Shown here in pieces: positions 28,781 through 47,877 of a stretch of DNA of 64,000 nucleotides (positions are counted from its first letter, which is position 1; every line of letters starts with the position of its first letter). This stretch comes from the human T2T-CHM13v2.0 reference genome, Homo sapiens. Below the pieces are notes generated by a model. That model was not told the origin of the DNA, ran no database searches, and saw only the letters and a program-made list of their open reading frames with translations. The stretch is from the NCBI RefSeq assembly GCF_009914755.1, contig NC_060932.1. One strand, 5' to 3'. The translations under genes were made by a program, and so were the position numbers.

Positions 28781-29440
28781 TGTATTAGTCTGTTTTCACA
28801 CTGCTATAAAGACATACCCGATGCTGGGTAATTTATAAAGAAAAGAGGTTTAATTCATTCATAGTTCCACATGGCTGGGGAAGCCTCAGGAAACTTACAA
28901 TTATGGCAGAAGGGGAAGAGACAAGTCTTCCATTGCAGCTGGAGAGAGAAAGCAAACGAGAACAGGGAAAACTGCCTTATAAACCAATCAGCTCTCGACC
29001 AGGCATGGTGGCTCATGCCTGTAATCTGAGCACTTTGGGAGGCCAAGGCAGGTGTTATCACTTGAGGCCAGGAGTTCAAGACCAGCCTGGTCAACATGGT
29101 GAAACCCCGTTTCTATGAAAAATACAAAAATCAGCCAGACATGGTGGTGTGCGCCTATAATCCCAGCTACTAGGAAGGCTGAGGCATGAGAATCACTTGA
29201 GCCCAGGAGGCAGAGTTTGCAATCAGCTGAGACCCCACCACTGCACCACTCTGCCTGGGTGACAGAGCAGGACCTTGTCTCAAACGAACAAACAAAACCA
29301 TCAGATCTCATGAGAACTCACTATCACAAGAACAGCAGCATGGGGGAAACCACCCCCATGATCCAATCACCTCCCATCGTGTCCCTCCCTTGACATGTGG
29401 GGATTATGGGGATCACAATTCAAGATGAGAAGCCATATCC
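28781..29440 (-). mobile_element. MaLR solo LTR (MST/THE1 type) interrupted by an Alu
   Basis: TGTATTAGTC..CTGGGTAATTTATAAAGAAAAGAGGTTTAATT and ..CCATATC termini; 5-bp TSD ACTTC. Confidence 0.85.
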
Positions 29441-30736
29441 ACTTCTATCAGATACTGACAGTTCAAGCAGACAAAATTATCAGTAAAAGGCAGAAACACT
29501 GACAAAGAACATTAATAACCTTTCTCTAACGAATATACAGAAACCTACCTCCAAAGTGAGGAGTCACAGATTTTTTTTTTAAGGTATAAAGCATGTATCT
29601 CTGACTTCTGAATTTAACAGATAAGTGAAACTTCCTTCAAATTATAAGAACAAATATAATTTTACCAACTTTTCATTTTTTCAAATGAGATTCAGAAAAG
29701 AACAACTACTATTACTAACATTTAAGAAAAGATGGTTTTTAAATTTAAAAAAGTCAAAAAAGAAAAAAGGCAATCTAAAATAAAAGCTTTTTCTCACTAA
29801 TCATGGACTGTGAAGATTTTCTTAGAAAATGGCACCACAGCAAAGAATTGTACAGTTCAATATTTCTTAACTTTTTTGATCTCAGGAAAAAGAAACATAC
29901 AGATATTTCCATTTAATAGTGAGTCTTTGGTATAACAGTTTCCTTGTTTTACATTTGAGAAAACAAGTGACTACAGAGGTGAAGTGATTTACTTGTAGTT
30001 ACTCAGTTAAGAGGAAAGTGGGAAAGAAGGCATGAGACAAAACCTTCCCTCTATCCTTGCCATCATGCCACACCTGCCACGGGTCCAATTCAATTAACAA
30101 ATACTTCCTGAATTCCCACAGTATAAGGTTTTACAAGAAATAAAATGAACTGTAAAATACAGCATGGGAGGAGGTCAGGGAGAGGAGACCAACAGAATCA
30201 CCTGTGGAGGGGGCGTCTCTACATACTCGGGAATACCACCCTTAATAGTGGGCCACAGTTACAGAATACAGTGTAACCTACCCATCAGGAAGCCTAAACT
30301 TCAGGAAAAAAGGAAAGCTGAGAACCACTGATTCAAATCCATACATCTCAAGTAGTTTATAATCTACTTGTGAAAGCAAAGTAAGTAGAAAAACATTTCA
30401 AAAAAGGAAATATAACACAAGGGTAGAGAGAGACACACACAAAAAGAAAACACAAACCCTGATTACAGTGACTTTAGAATAATTTTTTTAAAGCCTGAAG
30501 ATCAACAGAAGCCTCGCAAAATTAAATCTTGAGTAAGGCTTGAGTGCACTTTGATAAGTTAGTTAAATGTGCATATCCTGGGATACTCATTTTCAGGAGG
30601 AAAATGTAGAGTTATTGCAAAGACAAAAGCAGGCTTTAAGTCTCTCCTTGAGAGCAAACAGGACCACAGCCAAGAACCACAGATACATGAGCAGAGATTA
30701 TGAGAAAAGTGTGTGTGCTAAAGAGAAAATCACATT

Positions 30737-30740
<4 letters not shown>

Positions 30741-30777
<37 letters not shown>

Positions 30778-30787
30778 ACACACACAC
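30741..30787. repeat. (CA)n microsatellite
   Basis: CA run with one GAGA interruption. Confidence 0.95.
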
Positions 30788-31539
30788 TGGGTATGGAGAA
30801 GTTGTGTATTCAGAGAAAACAGGAATAATTTTCCTGCATGTAACTTCTAGTTAAGTGTATGTGTATCTCAAATACCTCCTGCAATTCCACTAAGATGAAA
30901 AATTTTGAAAAACAAATTAATTTTAAAGTTACAGGGACAAAGAGAAAGACGAGGCTAGTGCATTCAACAAATTTTGGAAGCTGGAAAGCCGACAGACAAG
31001 TGGCCAGTGAGTTCACGACAAGAGAAAACTTTTCAACCTAAACCCTACGTGGTAGGAGGAAGCCGAAAATGAACAGGTCAATTTTTAGGAATTGGAGGCA
31101 TCACATTCCTCTGAAGCCTGAGGGTAACGCAAAACAGGAACTGTTGGAAATTAGCATAAGGAAATTAGCATAAGGAAATTAGCATTAGTTAAACCCCTAG
31201 CTCCCCACCCTCTAGACAGGAGACTGCTCCCCTTCCAGAGGCTAAACATTTCCTACTTAGCAAAATTCAGCCAGAGTACTAATAGCCTGGGAATACACCC
31301 AGAATCGGCGTGGGAGGGAGAAGGGGTGTCAGAGACCAGAAGAAAAAGTGAAAGCTGTCTGCTGAAATCAGTAATCAGCCCCCATCCCAGAATGCTTACA
31401 GCCACGCTCTTACCTGCCAGGATTCCTCTTTGGGGAAACCAGCCCAACAAGAAAAATATATATATTTAACAGAATATTTTTTAAGAAGTTGGTCTCATGG
31501 AAAACAGGGCAGAAAAGAAAATCACAGTAGCTATGAAGT

Positions 31540-31945
31540 TGTCATACATCCAACCACCAGGAATTCCAAAAAGAGAAAAATGATAAAATGGATGGGGAGG
31601 GAAAAGTATTAAAGAAATAACAAGAAAAACTTCCTGAATGACACGAGCTTCCAGAATAAAAGGACCCATGAAATATTTGGACCCAAAATACAATGAATGA
31701 GTAAAGGACCTACATCAAGGTACATCAGTGTGAAATTTCTCAACACAAGGGACTAAAGGAAGACCCTAAAATATCTCAGGGCATGAGTTCATAAGGCATA
31801 GGGTTAGGGAGATGTCAAGCAGAAAGAATCAAAACAGCACTGAACTCCTCAAAAGGGATACTGGAAGCTATGAAACAATGATGTAATGCCTTCAAAATTT
31901 TGAGGAAAAATTATTCCCAACCAGAAATCATATATCTAGCCAATA
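31540..31945 (+). mobile_element. Ancient L1/HAL1 ORF1 remnant
   Basis: AAAGAAATAACAAGAAAAACTTCCTGAA..AATGCCTTCAAAATTTTGAGGAAAAATTATTCCCAACCAGAAATCATATATCTAGCCAA. Confidence 0.6.
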
Positions 31946-34046
31946 CAATGTACAGCCAAAAAATAAATTTGCTTTCATCTTAATAAACCAAAAAAATGGC
32001 ATATCAACAAGAGTAGGGACAAGCCTTTTTGAAAACGACACAGAACTTTCTAAACAATCAAAATAGATCCAAAATTCCTTAAAATGTCACTGAAACAGTT
32101 AACCGAAAAAAACAAACACAAAAAAATCAATCCTGCCTTTTTGGATGAAGAGCTCACTAGTCCAACTAACTTTACAGCAATGATTCTCATCTTTTCTTCA
32201 AAGGTGATAGAATATTAAAGGTATTATTTGTGTTTAAAATGTATATGGGCAATTTTAATCATCTTTCAATATTTTAAAGGTTAGTATACATTAACAGAAA
32301 TCTTCAGGAGTGCCCTAAAGATCTGAACTGTGGCTGGGCATGATGGCTTACGCCTGTAATCCCAGCACTCAGGGAGGCCAAGGCAGGAGGAACACAGAGT
32401 CCATGAGTTTGAGACTAATGTGGGCAACATAATGAGACCCCGTCTCTACAAAAAATTTAAAAATTAGCTGGGCATGGTGGTACATGCCTATAGTCACAGC
32501 TACTTGGTGGGCAGGTGGAAGAGAGGAGCTTGAGGCGAAGAAGAGCAAGGAACAGAGCAAAGACCAAAATAAAACACACACACACAAATTTAGGGACAAG
32601 TCTCTTTAAAAACCAAAAGAGCTCTGCTGAGCTGCAAAGGAGTTCCAAGTTCCACCTGAAACCAGCAAGTCTAAAAGGGCCTTGACCTTACTTCTCTAAA
32701 CTCTCTTACTAGTTTCTCAAGTTATTGGCTTGACCAGACAAGCAAGAAAAACTCTAACCATAACAATCAAGACCTAAAGGCCTGACCTTTAAACTAAATC
32801 AAGAGCTTTAATCTGAAATACCAACAAAGGGTTACTGAGTCCCTCAACACATACCAAAAAATAATTTGAAACAGAAATTCATTTGAATGATGGCAAGGTT
32901 TACTTAAGACATTGGCATCAACAGGGTATTACAGCACATAATATGCTTAGTACAGAGCCTAGTACAAAATGTTAGCTGCTCCTGCTGTTTCTTCCATCAC
33001 CATTTCTGACTGAAAGAAAAACTGTTAAATGAGACGCGTAAAAAGGAATTTGGGGATGCAGAAATGCTGTTATTACAACTGCTACTACTTATAATCAGTA
33101 CCACTTTGGATGAAGAGATCAAAGGTGAATCCAAGTATCTATCATTACACCCCAATAAAAAATAAGCACTGAAAGACATTCAAAATAGATCTCATAACTA
33201 ACTCAATACCTGGACATAACTGAAGTTCATGTATAAATTGTTCTGTATTTCATACTTACTGTAAAAATAATGTGAAGCATGGAATCTATCAAATTCCTGG
33301 TTATCTCAACTTCTCCAAATTACATTTAGAATTACCTCTATCCCACCCAAGTGACCTATCAAAAATACCTACAAAAAGTATAATTAAGGTACCACAGTCC
33401 AGTAAGCACTTCCTCTTTTGACCTCTTCCAGAATTTCTTGACTCTGTTTTTTTTTTTTTTTTGAGACAGGTCTCACTGTGTTGCCCAGTCTGGAGTGTAG
33501 TGGCTATTCACAGACACGATCATGATGCACTACAGCCTCAAACTCTCAAACTCCTGGGTTCCAGTGATCCTTCCACCTCAGCCTTCCCTAGTAGCTGGGA
33601 CTACAGGAACAAGCTACTGCACCCAGCTAATCCCATTCAATTTTCCAATTAATCACTTACTGCTTTGAAGTGTCATCTCTGATACTGCTATTCTACCTTT
33701 TACATTTCTATTTTCCCAACTATATAGTAAGCTTACCCTTAAGGATAAGTAAGGCCTGTAATTTTTTGCACATCCAGGCATTTTGTACAAAGTAGGTACT
33801 GTGTGGATTGACTAAAGATACTAGAATCTTACACAAAACCACAGACTAGTTAACTGTTCACAAACTTTCTCACCCAAACACATAAAAGATAGAAACAATT
33901 CAGTGTCACTATGGTAATGATATGATTCTAATATGATGTGCATAGTCCACCATCTCACACCCTAGCATGTAAGGATGGAGAAGCAAGAGCTTCATAAATA
34001 GGTAATGGCATACTGGCTTCAAAAATGAACAGTGGTCCCTGTTTCA

Positions 34047-35632
<1,586 letters not shown>

Positions 35633-36436
35633 TGGAAGGAAGGAAGGAAGGAAGGAAAAGCTCCTCTGTGATACACTGAGCTTTGTAATTTTTTAGCCAT
35701 TGTTTTTGTCTTGGCTTCAAGAAAATCTAAAAACTAATTCTACTTAATTTGACACTTCGCTAACATTTCTACCAACTTTCCCATCCAGAACTTATTCCTT
35801 CCCCTCTGTTAGACCTAGGCAGACCCTTAAAAACTGTCTAGTCTCACATCCTTGTCTTATGAGTAACAAGAAGGCTTTCAGATATAAGGCCTCTTTTGAT
35901 TAGAAACAAAATATGTGATGTATAAAACATGTGTAAAACACACGCTCTTTTTCACATTCACACAAAAGATCCTGCAAGTTCATCACATATTCAATAAAAA
36001 CTGCAAAATACCCAAGAAAAATGGCACATATGACTAATAACCCCTTGAAAACTGACCACAAATAATATCAAAATACTCTCTTAGGCACAGCTATGAAATA
36101 ATAAGCCCTATTTCCAATAAACTTTACATGCAAACAGATGTGTCTTCTTCGTATTAATCATACTGGCAAGCTACACATTTATTTCAACAATAATGCCCCA
36201 CACCCAAAAGATTTTTGGAGTTTTCCTTTTGGAAGTGGCATTAAGATTTCTTTAGAATGCCACTACATACCCAGTCCCCAGTACAATGCCTGACACACAG
36301 TAGGCACGCAAACTATTAAATGAATACACACAATAGTAGTATTTCAGTGCAGACATGTCTCTGAAAATAGAAAACATTCAGTCCTAAAGCTTACTAATTA
36401 AACGGATGATGAAGCCGAGTGGTTCTTCTTTTTTTC

Positions 36437-36547
36437 GTATCAGAAGAGTAACGTGCTGATGACGTCATAACAAGATTTGAGGGTGGCACATCTCACATAT
36501 GCATATGAACACCCAATCATCACGCTTATAATAGACTACAAAACGAT
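36437..36547 (-). pseudogene. U13 (SNORD13) snoRNA retrocopy
   Basis: Minus strand ATCGTTTTGTAG..GCGTGATGATTGGGTGTTCAT..GTGAGATGTGCCACCCT..CTGA matches U13; A-rich tail; degenerate TSD (AAAACCTACTCAG / AGAACCACTCGG). Confidence 0.88.
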
Positions 36548-37014
36548 CCTGAGTAGGTTTTACAAAATACTATTTCATAGAAAATACACCCTGAGTCTGA
36601 GCAGAGTCATAGTAAAGAACTAATCGCTAGCTCACATTTCAATCTTTAAGTCTCAGAATACATCAAATATTTCACATTTCCTAAACAATGCACCTAATCA
36701 ATCAACTGACTGTAAGTAATACTAGTGACGTCAAAGAAACACATTTATATTGACTTGCCTTGTGATTCTGACCTAGATGCTTTTAAGGGGGCCTCTGTGG
36801 TGTTAAACCAACTGTCGAGTTCAATAATTATCTCAGGAAATTGTTCGTTAGTAGTTACACTTCCATAATATGTATTATTCTGTCCAATGCCATAAATGTT
36901 AAGTCCTTATAATTTGTTTTCAAATACATGGTATCAGTCTTTTCTAAAACATTCATAGTACCCAAATCTCTTTCTAAATAATTATGCTTTACTATTATCA
37001 CTATTCTTAACGAT

Positions 37015-37512
37015 CACAGTGGTTTAAAAGAAATCTATAAATTATTTTATACTTCTTCCATCAAGAGGTAGAGTCTAATTACTCTTCCTCATATATAAGC
37101 TAGCCTGATGACTTGCTTCTTGCAAAGGTAATGAGGCAGAAGTGACGCTGCAAAACTTCTAAGGCTAGGTCACAAAAAGGAATTCCAGCCTGGTTTTATT
37201 TCTTGGGATGCATGCCTTTGAAACTCTGAGCTACCATATTAAGGACTCTGGCTAATCGAAGTCTCCATGATAAAGAGACTACACAGATAGAGATGCCTAA
37301 GGAATCCCAGCTGTTGCAGACCCCAGTTGTTTTGAGTCTTTAAATGAAGACACCCTCTACATGACTCCAGCATTTGACTGCAACTACATGAGAAACATAG
37401 AGTAAGAACCACCTACCAAGTACTGTCAATTCCCAGAAGAGATAATAATAATATATGATTGTTGTTTCACCCATTAAGTTTGGGTTGGTTTACTGCCCAG
37501 CAATAAAAAATC
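37015..37512 (+). mobile_element. MLT1-family MaLR LTR (old)
   Basis: GCAGAAGTGACGCTG..CTTCTAAGGCTAGGTCACAAAAAGG and terminal TGTTTCACCCATTAAGTTTGGGTTGGTTTACTGCCCAGCAATA. Confidence 0.7.
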
Positions 37513-37672
37513 AGGATGATGAACAAAGAAAGAACCTCAACATTTTCTTGGGCCCTGGCTCCATTGGTATATGACTAAAGACTCATTTATGCTTCATCTT
37601 TACTATCTTCCTTACCATCTTCCTTTTACTGCACTACATTTAAAAAACAAATTTTCTTCCTATTAATATTAA

Positions 37673-37970
<298 letters not shown>

Positions 37971-38125
37971 AAGAAGGATTATTTTTTAAAAAACAAAAAA
38001 ACTTTCTATTAATTTACATCTATGAACTTCCTTCAACATTTATTTCAAATACTTATTTACAAATCTATTTAACCATAGGCTCATCTGAATAGTACATGTT
38101 TGCTCAAAATAAAAGCCAATCCTTA

Positions 38126-39093
<968 letters not shown>

Positions 39094-39516
39094 CTGAAAG
39101 TGACAATTGTGCTTTAACATAGAATGTCAACATCAAATGATTACATGTAGCCCTTGGAAAAACCACAAATATGTTTGTAAAAATTACTCCACGATAAAAT
39201 TCAAATGAAACCAAATGCAGCATGTGAACTTTGACTGAACTCTGGTTTAAAAATTCCCACTATTATACACAGACATTTTGAGGACAGGTGGAGAAAAATG
39301 AATATACACTGAGTATTGGATGATATTAGGGAATTTTTGTTAATTTCCTATAAAGTGTGATAATGGTAAAGTGGCTATATAGAAAAAGGTTCATACTTAG
39401 ACGATACAAGCACATGCATTTAAAAATGAAGTATTACAATGACTGCAACTTTCAAATAGTTCAAAGTTATTTATATACACACATATTTTGCAAATATAGC
39501 AAAATCTTAGTAAGTT

Positions 39517-40244
39517 AGGCAGGAATATCATCACCCTTACTCAGCCAAGAAGTTACAGAAGATACATCCTCCTCCATCTACAATCCTTAGGATTAAATGT
39601 TTTCTTATAAAAGGGAGGGGGGAAATATGTCAGAAGCATTCAAACCACAGCAAATCCATCCTGAATTGTAGACGCTGGTTAAAGTAAGGCTGAGACCTAC
39701 TAGGTCGTGTTCCCAGACAGTTAGGCATTCTAAGTCACAGGATGAGATAGAAGGTCAGCACAAGATACAGGTCATAAAGACCTTGCTGATAAAACAGGTA
39801 GCAGTAAAGAAGCCAGCTAAAACCCACCAAAATCGAGAGAGCAATGTAAGTGACCTCTGGTAATCCTCACTGCTATACTCCCAACAGTGCCATGACAGTT
39901 TACAAATACCATGGCAACGTCAGGAAGTTACCCTATATGGTCTAAAAAGGGGAGGAACCCTCAGTTCCTAGTAATTGCCTACCCCCTTCCCAGAAAAACT
40001 CATGAATAATCCCTATTATTAAGATCAAAAAATAACATTCTATCAGTATATGTTACCAGTGTGATTGTTGAGAGTTGGCCTGTCAGGTGTATTATTTACT
40101 AGGGTATATGCTATTGTTTAGCATATAATCAAGAAATAACCATAAAAATTAGTAATCAGCAGCCTTTGGGGACTGCTCTGCCTATGGAGTAGCCATTCTC
40201 CATTCCTTTACCTTTTTAATAAACTTGCTTTCACTTAAAAAAAA
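39517..40244 (+). mobile_element. MER41B-type ERV1 fragment: 3' internal end, PPT and LTR truncated at its poly(A) site
   Basis: PPT AAAGGGAGGGGGGAAA, then TGTCAG at 39628; MER41 hallmark GTCACAGGATGAGATAG..GACCTTGCTGATAAAACAGG; B-type AACCCTCAGTTCC.. segment; AATAAA at 40218-40223 followed by A8. Confidence 0.85.
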
Positions 40245-40971
40245 TTTACTGAATCTAGAAGGTACTATCTACCTTCTAAAAGGTTATCCAGATAATTCAT
40301 TGTTCATTCTTTCAATTCTTCTGCATATTTGAAAATGTTTACAATAGAATACTGGAAAAAACAAAAATAAAAATCTCACTAAAGCTACACAAACACACAC
40401 ACACACCTCCCAGTCAAGAATCTCCACTTAAGGAAAGCCTCCTAAAGAAAATACAGGAAAAAAAAAAAGGTAAAGTTATAATGTGCTCTCTTTCAATGTT
40501 ATCAGGACTATTAGATACCAAAAAAAAAAAAAAACAAAAAACAAAAAACAAAAACTTCCAATGCTTGATTCATTCTTTATCCTAAAGATCAGAATATAGT
40601 GACAAGAACTAGTTTTTATAAAAAGACAGGATTCTGCTTAGTTTTGAAGTTCAAATTAATTTAATATAGATATATGCTAATGTACCTCAGGCACTAGGGA
40701 TGCAAAGGCAACAATGAGCCTGTTATCAGGTCTCCCCACAGCTCTCCCAGATGACACTCACAAGCACAAACTGAAGGAAGGCAAGTTTAAAGAGTAGCAC
40801 TGCACCAAAGATAAGAATGTGTAATAAATCACTTAAAGATACTACAAAGAATAGTAGTTCAATGGGCTTTCCCATCATTTTCAACTGATTACAATTTTTA
40901 ATAAGACATTTCAAATAGATAAAATGTATGAAGATTAAACGCTACATATTTCAAAAGTGTTTCATGCAACA

Positions 40972-41101
40972 TCTTGTCACTAGAATGTGAACTCCACAGG
41001 GGCAGACATTTTTGCCTGTTTTCCTGACTGATGTAGTCCAAGTGTCTGGCCCAAAACAAGCCCTCAGTAAATTATTTGTTGACTAACAATGAATGAATGA
41101 A
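40972..41101 (+). mobile_element. L2 3' end
   Basis: CTAGAATGTGAACTCCACAGGGGCAG..CTCAGTAAATTATTTGTTGA..TGAATGAATGA. Confidence 0.7.
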
Positions 41102-41271
41102 ACTTTAAGTCAATTTTTTTTAAATGACTTATGGGAATCTTCATTTATATTTAAGTTATGATGAAAATTCTGGTCAATTTACTAGGGGAAAAAAAGGGCT
41201 TAAATTTTACTCCAATTTTTTTACAAGTTGTCTTCTCCCAAAGTTAATTCTGAATGTAAAAACGGAAACAA

Positions 41272-42271
<1,000 letters not shown>

Positions 42272-43289
42272 AGAATTTATTCTTTTTCTATTATTAAAAT
42301 AATATATACTCATATACAGAAGTATATAAAATACAAAATCATATCAAGAAATATCAAAAGTAATCAACCATAACCCAGAGGCAAGTATACCGTCATTTTG
42401 TTTTAGCACTTATGAAACTTTAGTCTTTACCACAGTTAATATCATAGACTTTTTCACCTCTTAGATAGAAAAACACATTGTCTTTTATTCAGCTCCGTGA
42501 TTCTACTGGTTTCTCCAAAAGATCTGCAGTTTTTTCCCAATAACAGTGAGGCATTTGAACTGAATCATCCATTCAAGCTTGATCATCCTCATTAACAATG
42601 GCAAACACCAACAACTTGGCTGGAGAGAGGTGAAGTACATTCTTTGTAGCCACAAAATCAAGCAACTTGCCTACATGGAAAATGGAATTCACACTCCTTA
42701 GTGCATTGGTTCCATTACTCTAAGCCTAACCAACTACATTAACCAGTTATGGCCAATTTATGGCCTAGCACATCTTATTTACTTGATCATGATATGACCA
42801 AAGTCATTATTGAAGATAATTAACAAGGTATCCTTTTCTACAAGAACATTATTCAACTGATTTGAAACTCTATGTATTCATCAGTCTAAGCATTCTGGGC
42901 TTCTTTTAGTTCCTCAAATACACAGCAGTCTCTCACGGTCTCCACATGTGCTGTTCCTTCTGCCTAGGGAGCTCTTCCAGTTCTTAACACCTTGTCCTAC
43001 GTCCTACATCCTACAGCTCTCCCACCAGCCTCTCTCAGCCTACCTCCTTTTCATTCACAATCCCTATTCTCATTTTCAACACTTCTTCAGGTAAGCTTTT
43101 CCCCTGCCCAAGACTGAACTGGTGCTTCTAGTGAAGAATCCTGAACTTTCCCTTTTCACTGTACTTGTCACACTGTCCTGTAACTGTCTCTTTTTCATGA
43201 ACCAAACACCACCACCAGACACCCAAGACTAGAACTGACAGGCAGCAGACGCCCCCAAATCTTGCTGAATAAACACTCTTTTAATGATT

Positions 43290-43450
43290 TCACATATATC
43301 TATTTATATATATACACACACACACACGTACCTGTTTACATATACACAAACACAGTGTATTCATATTTATAATTACATATATACACAAACATACATACAC
43401 ACAAACAGTGTGTGTTCACATTAATATATAATTACATACACACACACATA
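43290..43450. repeat. Degenerate (TA)/(CA) low-complexity repeat
   Basis: Repeated ACATATACACAAAC / ATAATTACATA units. Confidence 0.8.
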
Positions 43451-44527
43451 GAAAAACAAGTAACTTCCTCTACCCTTTTCAAAGGAAAAGCAATAAGGCT
43501 AAGTTAATGTAGGGTGGAGTCTTTGCCACTTAACTAATCTAAGCACTCCGGCCCTCAGTTTCCTCAGCTATAAAATAAAATCCTAAAATCGTCCTTGGTG
43601 TAAAGTTTTGATGAAACATCTCAAAACATTCTATTCAGCAGTGTCAAGTCACAAGGTAATATCTATTACAGTCTAATACACAGAACAATGGGTTTCCTGG
43701 AAAACAGAAGTTAAAAAGTTTCTCATTGAGCATGTGGCAGTACTAGGACCTAATAAACAGCATTTCCAAAAAACAAGAGCAACACTCTTAATCCATTAGA
43801 AATCAAAGGTAAACAAACATTTTCAAACTCAGAAGGTGATATGCCATCATCAATGTGCTTTTGCTTTATCATATACTTGATAAAGCTGCACTCCTGCCTG
43901 AGTGACAGAGTGAGACTCCATGTCAAAAATAAAATCAAATAAAGGGGGAAGGGGTGGGGGAGCAATACAGAAGACCTGGGCATGTTTTTTAAGAGCTCCT
44001 CTTCAGTTAAACTAACCAGACGGCAAGAGCTTAGAAAGCTCTATTTTCTGCCCACTACTCCTAAATACCTATTAGAGTAAGTACAAAAAAAGCAGAAGAG
44101 CAGGTCTGAGGCAGGAAATAAGAATCAAACCTTAAAATGGCAGAACTGGCCAACATATATCAAATGTAACTCATAAAACAGTATCTATAGCTCTACAGTC
44201 ACACAGATTCAAGGCTGAAATGAACTTTCAGACATTAAATACACCTCCTCATCTTACAAATGAGTAAAATGAAACTCACTGCATGAAAATGACTATGTGA
44301 CTGTTTAGTGGAATGACCAAGCCTCCTAACTCCAACTCTACAGTCTTTCCAGTTCTCAGAGCTGTCTTCCATAGGGCCTGTCTGTGGTAGGTACACAGTA
44401 TCTTTCGGATACACAGTATCACTCTTCAAATTCTGCAGGAATTGCTTGATAATTAGTGTCAATATCATAAAACAAACTTTCCAAAGATAGATAAAATTTT
44501 ATTACAAAACTTAACAGATATATCTAA

Positions 44528-45627
<1,100 letters not shown>

Positions 45628-45757
45628 TCTTTTTCCCACTTCCCTTGTTCACTTATTTTCCATTCATCAACATAATTAAGTAAAAGAAATCATGGACAAT
45701 CATAGATTCACAGTTCTTTCTCCAAGTAATTCTATAATATAAAAACCCTTTTCCAAA

Positions 45758-46930
<1,173 letters not shown>

Positions 46931-47027
46931 GAAAAAAAGCTATTCCCTACCACAATCACAAGGGCATGGAAACAGGAGTTAAAAAAAGACCAAATGATCT
47001 AGCCCAACTCTCTCATTTTACAAATGA

Positions 47028-47877
<850 letters not shown>

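Noticed and set aside
33730-33760. Strong minus-strand donor AGG|GTAAGC with a nearby AG
   Set aside because: The upstream acceptor lacks a pyrimidine tract and the 19-nt exon would frameshift
42400-42730. Non-repetitive-looking stretch with a minus-strand AATAAA, possibly a pseudogene or terminal exon
   Set aside because: No recognisable protein in the frames I read and no clear splice sites; needs BLAST or conservation data
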